Source: a virus. Taken from it: a stretch of 64,000 nt of DNA. The stretch spans positions 96,001 through 160,000 of the IMG/VR virus record IMGVR_UViG_3300005096_000005; one strand, 5' to 3'. A model generated the notes under the pieces. That model was not told the origin of the DNA, searched no databases, and saw nothing but the letters and a program-made list of their open reading frames with translations. Positions 20,910-31,010 of this stretch are shown here, in pieces; position 1 is the stretch's first letter; the number at the start of each line of letters is the position of its first letter. The translations under genes and the position numbers were made by a program.

Positions 20910-21641
20910 TCATGCTATCGGAATGTTCTGGGCTCCGAAATCGAACGAGGCGTCCGTTGCCGATTTGATAGGAATGATACGTCGGGCGACAAACGTCATC
21001 GCCTGTTCGATCACCGTATCGTCTACAGACATTCCAACACCTTCGTTGAGAATCTCTGCGTACAGAATTCTCATGGATGCGGCCTGTCCCTGTTCGTTCG
21101 CCATCGTCAGAGTGATATGGAACGCCGGAAGCTGATCCGAATACCACGGTGTTCTGCGCACGTATGCGGCCTGCAGAAGGTCCGTGAAGTTGTCATAAGC
21201 GCCCGCACCTGCCTGGCTCAACATGGAGGTCATCGAGTGACCCCATGTGTCCACTCCGAGAACCGAGTTCTCGTAATTAGAAGCGGGCAGTACGACACCC
21301 TGATTGGAATAGTCGTCCACAAACTGGCCATTGGTCCCCGGGATGTCCCGAGTGACCGCCGGACCCTGACCGGTCCTAACATTCTGCAGCTCTTCTATAA
21401 GAGCGTGGCGGTCGAACTGCACAAACACCACCGAGCCTGCGATACCGCGTTTGCCTCGTGCATAAGAGCGCGGATCCGCCGAACCGAAGGTGTAAACTGG
21501 CGCCTTCTCTCTGCGAATACTGTAGGTGATGGCCTGACACTCCCCGATTACGCGGTTATTGAAGATGGGAACAATGTCCGGACCACCGAAGGACGTGAAC
21601 GTCCGTTCGTAGAGTGCTGATTGAGTTGCTGCTCCTGCCAT
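20910..21641 (-). CDS. Major tail tube protein
   Basis: Directly downstream of the sheath, strong RBS (AAGGAGGTG), followed by a terminator; beta-rich motif ECQAITYSIRREKAPVYTFGSADPRSYARGKRGIAGSVVF...EQAMTFVAR. Confidence 0.8.
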   Translation of the reverse strand: MAGAATQSALYERTFTSFGGPDIVPIFNNRVIGECQAITYSIRREKAPVYTFGSADPRSYARGKRGIAGSVVFVQFDRHALIEELQNVRTGQGPAVTRDIPGTNGQFVDDYSNQGVVLPASNYENSVLGVDTWGHSMTSMLSQAGAGAYDNFTDLLQAAYVRRTPWYSDQLPAFHITLTMANEQGQAASMRILYAEILNEGVGMSVDDTVIEQAMTFVARRIIPIKSATDASFDFGAQNIPIA

Positions 21642-21654
21642 GTTCTACACCTCC

Positions 21655-24600
21655 TTATCCTTGCGGTAGTGACAGGGACACCACTGTCGTGATCTTTCGG
21701 AGTTCGAGCCATACCACGAGCTCGAGCTCGATCCTCAGTGCGCCGATTATCTGCATGTCCCTGGTTGACAGAATGGTGAAGTTATAATCGCTGAGGACCC
21801 CCGCATCGACCATTGAGCGAAGGAATTCATCCACTTCCGTGTTGAGCGCCATTCGCTGCGGGATTGAGTTAGGCTGTCCGAGGAACGGGTTAGAAACCCT
21901 GCGCACGCCTGCCATAGCAGAGTGTACGACACGAACTGTGGACAGCCTGGTGTAGTCGGACAACCGTCCCGGCTTATTGGGCAGATCTCCGGCCGCGGTA
22001 ATGCCGTCCGTAACATAGGCCACGTTATTGAACTGATACAGCGTAACGTAACGGAAGCCCGTGAGGGCGTCAAGCTGCGCATTGCTGTAGTTATATCCAA
22101 GCGTGCCAATGTTAAGGATCGGTTTATGAGTCGTAGCAGCCTCTGCAGGCAGGGTGGAGGTAAGGGCAGCGTACACGACCTCAAGGGTCGAAGGCTGGCC
22201 TGTCGTTGCCGACAGAATCTCCGGACCTGCACAAACCGAGAGGTAACGTCCGATATCTTCCACTCTTCCATCGATTGGATTCGTGGTTCTGAAGCCGTTG
22301 TACATCGGAGTTACGAAATCGCCCACAGTCTTTGTAAGACGGGTCACGCGAGACTGCACTCCACGCATGGAGGTGTCCGTCGCGGGGGACATAGAGATGA
22401 CTCCAATACGCTCCTGCCCGTTCAATGATGTCTGGTAACAATGTTCGGCCAGTATCTGACCAAAGTTAGTTACCGTGTCATTGCCGTTCGGATCGTTCGG
22501 ATCAGCCCTCAGAGGCTTTCCGTTCGAGTCAACTATGACTATACCGCGAGCCCCATTGTACCAGAATTTGCGGTCACGGCCAAAGTACTTCTTGCGTGAC
22601 TCCGCATCCAGGTACATGTCTACAAGAACTATGATGTCGATAGGTTGGTTTTCCAGCAGTTGAAGCAGTCCGGTATCATACTGTGTGCCGAGCAGCTTCT
22701 GCGCATAGTAGCCTGGGTCCTTGCCCACACCATCATCGCCCCCAATCAGATAAGCGGGGGCAACATCTGTGTTGTCGAGCAGGTTGTGCGGCTTCTCATA
22801 CTGCGGGAAGTTCGCGACAGGGTGGTCGGAGTCCGCAACAAAGCGAGCCTCTACAACCACATTATCACGATGAGAGTTGATACCCACGGTCACGTCCTGA
22901 TAGGACAGTGGCGTTGGGCTGGCGCTGAGGGCGACATCGAACTCAGAGGGGAATCCCTTGCCTGCGGGTTTCGATACACGCATCGTCATCTGGTCCGTCA
23001 CCAAACTCCCCGCCAGGTCGATGGTTACACCAACGCCTGTAGTTGAGGAGGCTCCGTCCCATACGCCATTGCCGTATACGCTTCCAGGGTAGATAGCCCG
23101 CAGATAGAGGGCGACATCGGTGTAATACCAGTACTCACCCGCCTGAAGGGAATTGCCGGAGTTGAGTGTAAAGACAGCGTCTTCATGGTCACTCTTCATG
23201 ACAGTCCCCACAACAGGTGCCTGGCCGCCAGCCCCGCGTTTCATGAGAATGGCTTCACCATTGTCGTCCGCCTTAATGTAAGGAATTCGCAGCGACTCAC
23301 CCGATGCCAGTGCTTCGTCCACAATGATAGAACGTCCGAATATTCCAACAGGTGATCCTTGCAGATAAGGATAGCGATATCCTCCCTCTACAATGTCGGG
23401 ATTTTCGATGTCCTTGACGCGCACCTGCGCAAGCGCCGTTCCTGCTGTGCCCTGTATTACTTCTATGCTGACGGTCTCACCCGTGGGCAGTCCTTCCGGG
23501 TCCATAAGCTCAATCTCTGTAGTGCTATCCTGAATGTAAGGAAGCGTCCAGAGATTCTCGAGCTGACCGTACATAGTTGTCTGCTCTTGAAGAGCTGTGT
23601 TGATCGTGTTTGCTCCTGCAGCTCCGCCAGTGGAATCCTGGTACATTGTACCATACAGACGGAACTCCATGTCTGCTGCAAACATCACTTCCGCCGTGGG
23701 AATCCTGATCTTGCCACCGCTGGGCAACGCTCCTGTCCCATCGGGAACAGCATCGTATACAAAGCCGTCGGCTCCTGCATACACGTCGATAGAGGACACG
23801 AACGCCTTGACGTCATCGTAGAACGTAGCCGCAACCTGAATGTTCAGGCCCGGATCGTTCGAGATGTCAAAGTAGCCTGCCGCGATGTAGATGGCAGATT
23901 CTTGGGCGTCATAGTAGAACAGGTCATCCTGAGTCTCGGTCGGTACCAGCGTGGAACGCTGCAGCTGTACAGTAGCGGCCGTTGTCGTCAGGTCTACCTT
24001 GAGGTTTCCATATTGTGTCGTTCCCACCGCCGGTCCGCCGATATCCTTGTTGCCAAGGGCGGCGTTGTCGTTGGTAAACGGCACGTGATCCGGGTCGCCC
24101 ACATTGACATCGTCCGGATCGAACAGTGTCATTAGCGGGTTGTAGTCCGGATCCCCCGAATCCATACTTCCGATAAACTGAATCTTGACCGGAACAAGCT
24201 CTCCGAGCTGGATCAGATCGGCCGGGTTCGGGACATTTGACGTATCTGCGTCCGTCGGATTCCACGCCTTAACGCCTGTCGTATCGTCGGTGTTCTCCGA
24301 AAGACTCATGGAGTTACCGAGGTTACTTCCGCTCATTCCCGAGGCTTTGGCTTCTACAATGACATACTCCTGGATGTTCCCCAGCCCGTCGTCTACACCT
24401 TCGCGATGAGCTTCGACATACGGGTTGATACCTGCGTCATTGTTGATCGCGCTTGCCAGGTTCACGGCTGTGGCTGTAAGGTCGCCAGAAACAATGTTCC
24501 AGTTAAACCCTCCACCGCCGATCTCTCCGATGAAGCTGGCTGCGTAATCTGTTCCGCCATCTTCGATAGCCACCGTCAAGAGCGGCTGATTGTCAAGACC

Positions 24601-27516
24601 ATCATCAAGGAACTGTTGGCCTGTGACGTCAAACGCGGTCGATGCGGCAGGTCCGCCACTGATTGTGAGCGTACTGTTGTTTCCCGCTGACCCCGTTGAA
24701 TTGTCTTGAATTCTTACCGTAGTCCCGCCAGGATTGCTGACGGAATGTGATGCTGTAGGTCCGAACGTGTTGAACCAACTGATGAAGTTGTTCATTGCGT
24801 CGGCCTCTGTCGCTCCGATCTCGAAGTTGTTAGGATCATTGAAAGTCGAAGCCGCCACAGTGACTGCGGTCCCACCGGCGGGGGTGATGGTAATGCTGTC
24901 GCCTACCATGTCCGCAACGCTGTCGAAAAATATCTCAAACGCCGCCGCCTGTGGATTCATCCCCTGAGAAATGATGTCGCCATCACTTTCCGATACGGGA
25001 ACGCCGTTGCCGTCGTCAGTTGTGAGTTGTGGCCCTGCCACAGAAGCCGCACCCGATGTCCAACCTGGAGTTGCGCCGTCGTCCTGGGTTGTCATGAATG
25101 TCAGGCCATTCCCTGCCGCTCCCTGGAGGGGACCACCGGGTGTCGCTGAGAAGCGAACAATCTCACTGCTCGCGCCTTCAATACTCACATCCCATTGTCC
25201 GGCACTCGGGCTGGCTGCATCATTGAAAAGCGTACTGATAGCGCCCGCATGTTGCGGTCCGTTATTCGGATCAGCCACTGACACCGATCCTGTCCACGCA
25301 CAATCCCAGGTGGCGGTTCCACTGTTCCATGTAACGTCAGCCGAACTGCCTCCACTCAACGGAATGATAACCTTACAACCTGTGTCAGGTGAGTACGTTC
25401 CTATGGAGAAGTCGAACGTTACATAAGCATCTCCCTGGTCCATTCCGCCGGTAAAGAAACGCGGAGGATCCATAAGAGTTTGCTTAATACCCTGAGGGTT
25501 CGCAGTCCAATAAGAAATGCTGGAACCTGCTGTATCGATGGTAATCTGAGCTTCCCATGTCCCGCCACCAAGATCGACAACGGTTTGGGAGTACATACCA
25601 CCGAGACCCACACGGCTGAACGCCTGGGTCATGGCACTGGCAAAGTTCTGCGCAGTAGCCTGCATGTCGCCCGCACTGACTTGCCAGTGAATGCCTTCAC
25701 GAAGCTGGAAGGTAATGCCCCCTCCAAAGAACGTGATGCCGTCATCTGCCATGTCTGCTTCATTCGCGGGATCAAACCTTGCGTCCAACCGGTATTGGCC
25801 GCCTCCCTGGTCGACAAAGTCGTAATTGGCTCCACTCATCGTCAGGTCACTGTTGAAGATGATTCCTTTAGGATAAGAAGAACCGGGAAGGTCAATGTAC
25901 CAATTGTTGTTGGGCGCCGTACCTGTGGCTGTCGCCTTGACAAAAACATCCTGACCACCAGATGATGCGGAGAAGTTTGCTACCGCATCGATGGCTGCAG
26001 CAATATTGGCAGCGGTTTGCCCGTTATCGGGTCCAATTGTGAACTCATTGGCCCCTGGAGCGCCCGCGACTGCTGTAAGCTGCGTGGTTGTGGTTCCGTC
26101 GAACAGGGTGATCTGGTCACCGGGTGTGAGTTGGTTGTAATCTTCAACTCTGAATCCGACACTGGCCTGCACTCCGGCTCCTGATACAGCAATGTCGTTC
26201 GCTGAACCTTCCAGACGGAATGCTCCGACTGCCAGCTTCTTGCCGCCAGTGATCTCGAACAGATTCGTGTTCCCTACGTACTGAACTTCTTTCCGCTCTA
26301 CCCGTGGCAGTGTGAAGTCAGTCCCTGCTGTAACTCCGGGAGTGAATCCGGCGCCACTGTCGTAAGAGAGGAAATCAGGGTGGGTCGCCGCCAGAGCTTC
26401 AGCTTCAACTCTGTTGTTGGCGGCTATACGACATAGCATCTCTGGAGGAAGCGAACCCGGGAAGTTCTCGTTCAGGTCGATCCCTACGATGACCTCGGCC
26501 CCGTCCGGCAGTCCTACATCGCCAAAGCCGATAACACGAACCTTATCTTCCTCGGTCGTGTCGTCATGTGCGGGTAACGCACCCGCTCCGGCAAGGTAGT
26601 AATGCTTGGCCGCAAGGCCCTCCCATCCGTATTCCAGATCTGCCATTGCTGCTGCACGGCCAGCCCCCGCTGTCATAGCGCGGTTGACCGCTGTTCCTAC
26701 CGCACTCGTGCGGTAGCTTGTATAACTGAGAAACATTGTGAGATTGCCGTAATTGCTTCCTACGTCGATGTTTCCGTAGGTAGTGTCCGGGGTGTTGGCC
26801 CAGAGACCCTGTCCTACGGCCGGGTTGGCTGCGATAGTGGGATTCGTCATGTTCCCGACATCCCACCTTACGAACTGGCCGGACAGTCCATCCGGCGATT
26901 GGTCCGTATAAGCTGACCCTACCCACGCAACCGGAAGACCCTCCGCCTCTGCGTCGACCTCAATGTCGGACGAAGGCAGCGGATTCGGCAGCGTATAAGC
27001 GAACTCGTAGTTGTTGCCCGCCAGAGTGAAACGCATTATCATATTGCCTCCGGCCATGTTTTCACTGAAGCCGGAGATAGCAAACAGATAATTGTCTACA
27101 ACATCTGGAGCAAGCGGATCGCCTGTAATGCTGCCCGCCTGGTAAGTGGGTTCCGGAATGTCAAAACTGACTTCCGGGTCGATCTCGACGTAGGCGTAAG
27201 ATGCTGGGTTTGCCTCCTTTAAGGCAAGCGCGGCGTATTCGCCTCCGATACGCATGCCCTGGACAGCTCGTGCCCCGGCATTATTCGCATCGTTGATTGC
27301 ACGGGCCAGAGTGGCCTTCGGGCTATCATAAGGATCCCCGAAGAACTCTATGGCCGCCTGCGGTAGTGTTACCACCACAGGGGCGCTGTTCGGCCCGTCC
27401 GGAGAGGTTCCCACCAGGAGAACCGTCTCAGTAGTTGCCAGAGGAGGAGGCGCTGCAAGCCCGCCATCTTTGTAGTTTGTGACAAAGCCTGCTAAGTTTG
27501 GATAAACTCTCGCCAT
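21655..27516 (-). CDS. Contractile tail sheath protein, giant (1953 aa) with large central insertion
   Basis: Sheath-type N-terminus (YPNLAGF...VLLVGTSPDGP...FFGD...TLARA...MRIG) and C-terminus (LIGGDDG...YSNAQLDAL...VTDGIT...SDYTRLSTVRV...FLGQPN...ELRKITTVVSL); strong RBS CAGGAGGTG. Confidence 0.85.
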   Translation of the reverse strand: MARVYPNLAGFVTNYKDGGLAAPPPLATTETVLLVGTSPDGPNSAPVVVTLPQAAIEFFGDPYDSPKATLARAINDANNAGARAVQGMRIGGEYAALALKEANPASYAYVEIDPEVSFDIPEPTYQAGSITGDPLAPDVVDNYLFAISGFSENMAGGNMIMRFTLAGNNYEFAYTLPNPLPSSDIEVDAEAEGLPVAWVGSAYTDQSPDGLSGQFVRWDVGNMTNPTIAANPAVGQGLWANTPDTTYGNIDVGSNYGNLTMFLSYTSYRTSAVGTAVNRAMTAGAGRAAAMADLEYGWEGLAAKHYYLAGAGALPAHDDTTEEDKVRVIGFGDVGLPDGAEVIVGIDLNENFPGSLPPEMLCRIAANNRVEAEALAATHPDFLSYDSGAGFTPGVTAGTDFTLPRVERKEVQYVGNTNLFEITGGKKLAVGAFRLEGSANDIAVSGAGVQASVGFRVEDYNQLTPGDQITLFDGTTTTQLTAVAGAPGANEFTIGPDNGQTAANIAAAIDAVANFSASSGGQDVFVKATATGTAPNNNWYIDLPGSSYPKGIIFNSDLTMSGANYDFVDQGGGQYRLDARFDPANEADMADDGITFFGGGITFQLREGIHWQVSAGDMQATAQNFASAMTQAFSRVGLGGMYSQTVVDLGGGTWEAQITIDTAGSSISYWTANPQGIKQTLMDPPRFFTGGMDQGDAYVTFDFSIGTYSPDTGCKVIIPLSGGSSADVTWNSGTATWDCAWTGSVSVADPNNGPQHAGAISTLFNDAASPSAGQWDVSIEGASSEIVRFSATPGGPLQGAAGNGLTFMTTQDDGATPGWTSGAASVAGPQLTTDDGNGVPVSESDGDIISQGMNPQAAAFEIFFDSVADMVGDSITITPAGGTAVTVAASTFNDPNNFEIGATEADAMNNFISWFNTFGPTASHSVSNPGGTTVRIQDNSTGSAGNNSTLTISGGPAASTAFDVTGQQFLDDGLDNQPLLTVAIEDGGTDYAASFIGEIGGGGFNWNIVSGDLTATAVNLASAINNDAGINPYVEAHREGVDDGLGNIQEYVIVEAKASGMSGSNLGNSMSLSENTDDTTGVKAWNPTDADTSNVPNPADLIQLGELVPVKIQFIGSMDSGDPDYNPLMTLFDPDDVNVGDPDHVPFTNDNAALGNKDIGGPAVGTTQYGNLKVDLTTTAATVQLQRSTLVPTETQDDLFYYDAQESAIYIAAGYFDISNDPGLNIQVAATFYDDVKAFVSSIDVYAGADGFVYDAVPDGTGALPSGGKIRIPTAEVMFAADMEFRLYGTMYQDSTGGAAGANTINTALQEQTTMYGQLENLWTLPYIQDSTTEIELMDPEGLPTGETVSIEVIQGTAGTALAQVRVKDIENPDIVEGGYRYPYLQGSPVGIFGRSIIVDEALASGESLRIPYIKADDNGEAILMKRGAGGQAPVVGTVMKSDHEDAVFTLNSGNSLQAGEYWYYTDVALYLRAIYPGSVYGNGVWDGASSTTGVGVTIDLAGSLVTDQMTMRVSKPAGKGFPSEFDVALSASPTPLSYQDVTVGINSHRDNVVVEARFVADSDHPVANFPQYEKPHNLLDNTDVAPAYLIGGDDGVGKDPGYYAQKLLGTQYDTGLLQLLENQPIDIIVLVDMYLDAESRKKYFGRDRKFWYNGARGIVIVDSNGKPLRADPNDPNGNDTVTNFGQILAEHCYQTSLNGQERIGVISMSPATDTSMRGVQSRVTRLTKTVGDFVTPMYNGFRTTNPIDGRVEDIGRYLSVCAGPEILSATTGQPSTLEVVYAALTSTLPAEAATTHKPILNIGTLGYNYSNAQLDALTGFRYVTLYQFNNVAYVTDGITAAGDLPNKPGRLSDYTRLSTVRVVHSAMAGVRRVSNPFLGQPNSIPQRMALNTEVDEFLRSMVDAGVLSDYNFTILSTRDMQIIGALRIELELVVWLELRKITTVVSLSLPQG

Positions 27517-27534
27517 TAGCGGTTACACCTCCTG

Positions 27535-28305
27535 TCAAATTATGGTGATGCGTCCACTGAAGAAGCTTACACCATCCTCAACAATCGGCCTCATACTTTC
27601 TGAGAGCTCGACTGCAATGCGCCTGATGACCTCATATTCTTGTACATACAAGTCCTCGAAGACCATCCTGTAGCGCAAAGAGCGGGCAAAGATATCGTCC
27701 CGCCACTTTGTGACAGTGCGATCTCGCAACCGCTCGGAATAGAGGATGTCGCTAACCCCCTTCAGTCTGAACACGCCGGTATATGTGAACATAAACCTCT
27801 TAAATCTGGCTGCCAACCTGCCTGCCTCTGGTGGAGTCATACCCCAGCAGTTGAACTGCACCAGCGTATCCAGGCGTTGTCCCCAGACAACTACTGACTC
27901 GCCCTCAGGACTGAACTCACTTGCGCTTGGCGGATAAAACTTCTGCCCGCAAGTCTTCTCCCACTGAGGGTAATTGGTACACACTTCCCGACGACACACC
28001 AGGCTCATGTCCTGATGCTGGCACTTGTATGTCGGGAACGTATCCCTTATCCTTGGCTTGACCTCTCCGGGTACAGGCGTCTCGTGGACCACTTCGACCG
28101 TCACCACCGGCGTCTCGGTTTTAGGGTCGGGGTCCTCCTCTGTTATGATGACTCCTGGAAGCGCTTTCTTCCCCAGCTCTACAAGCATCTCCAAGAAGTC
28201 CTCAAACGACGCACTACCCTCAGCCTGAACCCTTTGCTTTGGAGTAAGCTTTGGGTAAAGGCTTGTATGTATTCTATCTCCTTGCGGAGTGAATATCGTA
28301 TTCAT
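27535..28305 (-). CDS. Putative tail terminator / completion protein
   Basis: Immediately upstream of sheath; WGQRLDTLVQFNCW...EAGRLAARFKRFM...RSLRY pattern fits the tail-completion fold; has a 4-Cys insertion. Confidence 0.6.
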   Translation of the reverse strand: MNTIFTPQGDRIHTSLYPKLTPKQRVQAEGSASFEDFLEMLVELGKKALPGVIITEEDPDPKTETPVVTVEVVHETPVPGEVKPRIRDTFPTYKCQHQDMSLVCRREVCTNYPQWEKTCGQKFYPPSASEFSPEGESVVVWGQRLDTLVQFNCWGMTPPEAGRLAARFKRFMFTYTGVFRLKGVSDILYSERLRDRTVTKWRDDIFARSLRYRMVFEDLYVQEYEVIRRIAVELSESMRPIVEDGVSFFSGRITII

Positions 28306-30086
28306 TATACTCCCACATTAACTGCAAATTGCAATTCCTCCAGAGTACCGATCACAACAAGCACGAGATCAATCTGCGCTTCATAAATGTCAATCTGAAT
28401 TGCCGCAAGCGAGAAGTCATGTATCGACACCCCTACATACGGACGACACGCAGCCTTCGCAACAGCCTCAACTTGCTTCATTGGCACCCGTTGCCGGCCC
28501 AGAAACTTACCTTCCACAGCATACTTAATGCTGCGAATAATCTGGTTCGCCACCCTGAGGTTCTTAATACTGCTCCAGCCCTGCTTGTTTCCGTTGTTGT
28601 CCTCTACCGGCACCATCGTCACATTAGTACCAAGAGTGTTTCCTTTTGCTATTGTATGCCTCACTGCGTTTACGCCTGAAGCTTTCAGGGTGGCAATGAA
28701 GGCTTCAAACAGAACGGGTGACCGTGAGTCGAGACCTTTGATTGGCTTGTTGAGAGGGTCTACCTCCTCTGGAAGACTTGACAGGACAGCGCCCGCCGCC
28801 GAGGATATATTGAAGTCCTCCTCTACGCGAGCCCCTGTTATAGGATCATTATACACGACCCGGGTATATCCGTAAACCGAATAGAGAAACTTAGCTCCAG
28901 GATGGATTGGGTAATACGACACTCTCATGTCCGAAAACACAGTTGAGGCCGGCAGAGAGGTCACAAGAACGGAAAGGGTGTTCCCCTTACTGCCAAAAAG
29001 AGAATACGTACCTCCCGGGGCTACCACTTGAGGTGTCCCCTGCCCTCCACCCGGCTCAGTCCATGTCAATTCGTAAGTAAGGTGGTTATATTCCACCACC
29101 CCAAAACCGCCCACAGTTCCGAAGGATGCCGAGATCAGGCCAACGCCTGGCATTCCCGTCCCTTCCCACTGAACGACAGAACCCCCTCTGAGCTGCATCA
29201 GACTAACAGGTACAGAACCCTCCGGTACCGTCTCCTTGTTTAGTTCAGCGTTTACTTCCTTGCAACGCCTGACTGTGGTCGCCGGAAGGACCGCGGCGAT
29301 AGGGTGTACATACTTTGAGTGTTCGTAACAAAAGTCAGCAAGCTGTACCGCCAATAAGTTATCCATCCCAACATCATACAGATCGGCTATTGCGTCTGGA
29401 GCACACAGCGTTCCGAACCGGACTCTTGAAAGAGTCTGGTACGCAATGCTGTAAGCGTTATACACGTACTGATATGACCTCGGGGAACCGTCTCCCAAAT
29501 TAAGATACTCATGGTAATCACCGGCCCTCATGAGATAGATATCCCGAACACCATTCTGAAGCCGGGCCAGACGCCATGCCTTGTTTACCGTCGTGTGTGG
29601 AGGAAACAGCCTGTCCACCTGATACTGCTCGGTCGCCCGGAAAAGATGTCCATTAGGGACAAGGTTGCTATCTCCAAGCCCTACAATAACCATAGAGGAA
29701 TCTGAAGTACTCTGTTCCGCAATCGAGGCTGGAAAGACAGCCTTAATAAAACCATCGGGCCACGGAGTAACTACAAAGTCGTCAGATATCTCCTCATATA
29801 TCTCGTCAGTTGCTACCTCCGTCTCAAACATCTGAACCATAACTTTTGCATTAACTGTTGGGACACCGGCCGGGGCAAGGAAAGATGTTTGATTGACAGA
29901 TACTTCAATCCTGGACTGACCGGGGGCAATACGGGACGTCGTGTCATTCCATGTCGCACCTCCGTCCCTACTGTACAGAATACGAACCCACCCTGTAGAG
30001 TAGTTGACGTCCCACTCTACATTAACCTGATCTATCCCCGGGCGGAACTCTGCAACATCAGTTCCTGTGCGATACACTCTTATCAC
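28305..30086 (-). CDS. Second tail-sheath-like protein with N-terminal Ig-like domain
   Basis: Shares landmarks with 21655..27516 (IYLMRAG; QLADFCYE versus ILAEHCYQ; LNKPI versus THKPI; IKNLRV...FLG versus LSTVRV...FLG); N-terminal SRDGGATW motif. Confidence 0.65.
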   Translation of the reverse strand: MIRVYRTGTDVAEFRPGIDQVNVEWDVNYSTGWVRILYSRDGGATWNDTTSRIAPGQSRIEVSVNQTSFLAPAGVPTVNAKVMVQMFETEVATDEIYEEISDDFVVTPWPDGFIKAVFPASIAEQSTSDSSMVIVGLGDSNLVPNGHLFRATEQYQVDRLFPPHTTVNKAWRLARLQNGVRDIYLMRAGDYHEYLNLGDGSPRSYQYVYNAYSIAYQTLSRVRFGTLCAPDAIADLYDVGMDNLLAVQLADFCYEHSKYVHPIAAVLPATTVRRCKEVNAELNKETVPEGSVPVSLMQLRGGSVVQWEGTGMPGVGLISASFGTVGGFGVVEYNHLTYELTWTEPGGGQGTPQVVAPGGTYSLFGSKGNTLSVLVTSLPASTVFSDMRVSYYPIHPGAKFLYSVYGYTRVVYNDPITGARVEEDFNISSAAGAVLSSLPEEVDPLNKPIKGLDSRSPVLFEAFIATLKASGVNAVRHTIAKGNTLGTNVTMVPVEDNNGNKQGWSSIKNLRVANQIIRSIKYAVEGKFLGRQRVPMKQVEAVAKAACRPYVGVSIHDFSLAAIQIDIYEAQIDLVLVVIGTLEELQFAVNVGV

Positions 30087-30868
30087 GTGACTTCTATCTC
30101 CGTCCCGACTATTGTAAACTCATGCACATACACTTGCCCGACCACGCCGCTCCACACCGGAGCCACTTTGAAGTACCAGGTTCCGTCAAACTGGGGCCTG
30201 CCCGCAGTGTTCACGAATCTACTTGTTGTCTTTTGTGTGAGAAAAGCGTCTGCTTTGTTCTTTGTTATCGTCCAGGCGAAGTAATCGACAGCCTGGTCGA
30301 ACTCCCATTCGAAAAAAGGTTCACTACCATTACAGACGCCACCATTGGGTACAATCACGTCTTTGCGGAGCTGCCCGTTCTCGTCCAGAAAAGCATCTTC
30401 CCACACCCTGACATTGGAAACTGTGGCATCCCAGACAATCAACACAGGCTGAAACTTAAACCACTTCCATGCAGTCCACCACCGGAGAGCCGAGGGAGAT
30501 TGTTCTCCCTCTGGATCCACCGTCGCTCTGACCGTAGCCCAATAGTCCTGGTTGGGTGTGAGGTTCATGGTCGTCGCAAGGAGAACCTCTGCATTCGGAT
30601 CTATTGACTGGGTTATTCCCGGCGTAGGCACAAACAATGCCGGGCTTGTTTGTTGGTGAAAGTGCGCTCCTGGAACAGGCTGCCGGAATTTGTCATACAG
30701 GATTACCTCAAACCAAAGCCGTTCATTGATGTCCCTGGAGTGGTCTGCTGCAAGATGAAACGACGCCCCTATTGCCTGGACGTCGTTCAGATTCTTGATG
30801 TCGTCCAGAGTGGGCGCACTGGCGCCGATCTGTCCGGCGCCTATGCCCATCTGCCCTATACTTCCCAT
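30083..30868 (-). CDS. Hypothetical beta-sandwich (FN3/Ig-like) structural protein
   Basis: LTPNQDYWATVRA, PFFEW and GTWYFKVAPV motifs; GTGA overlap with next gene. Confidence 0.5.
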   Translation of the reverse strand: MGSIGQMGIGAGQIGASAPTLDDIKNLNDVQAIGASFHLAADHSRDINERLWFEVILYDKFRQPVPGAHFHQQTSPALFVPTPGITQSIDPNAEVLLATTMNLTPNQDYWATVRATVDPEGEQSPSALRWWTAWKWFKFQPVLIVWDATVSNVRVWEDAFLDENGQLRKDVIVPNGGVCNGSEPFFEWEFDQAVDYFAWTITKNKADAFLTQKTTSRFVNTAGRPQFDGTWYFKVAPVWSGVVGQVYVHEFTIVGTEIEVT

Positions 30869-30869
30869 A

Positions 30870-31010
30870 TCACCACTTCTTCACGAAGCCGATAACTGCC
30901 GTCGGAGCCTTTCCTATGGTCTTTTCGACACCAAACGAGAGACGTGAATTCTTTTTAGCCTTAACAAGACCTACGAAAGCTTTCTTGTTCCGCAGATCTA
31001 ATCGGACTCC
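30870..31010 (-). CDS. Unannotated 46-codon frame, probable -1 frameshift extension of the upstream holin-like gene
   Basis: GVRLDLRNKKAFVGLVKAKKNSRLSFGVEKTIGKAPTAVIGFVKKW-TGA fills the largest gap in the operon and stops 1 nt before the next ATG; no ATG/TTG start in frame and the only GTG is 4 codons from its end. Confidence 0.5.
   Translation of the reverse strand, partial: GVRLDLRNKKAFVGLVKAKKNSRLSFGVEKTIGKAPTAVIGFVKKW

Noticed and set aside
18412-30086. Extracellular contractile injection system or tailocin, suggested by two sheaths and three tubes
   Set aside because: Terminase, portal, protease and capsid genes are in the same operon, so this is a DNA-packaging phage.
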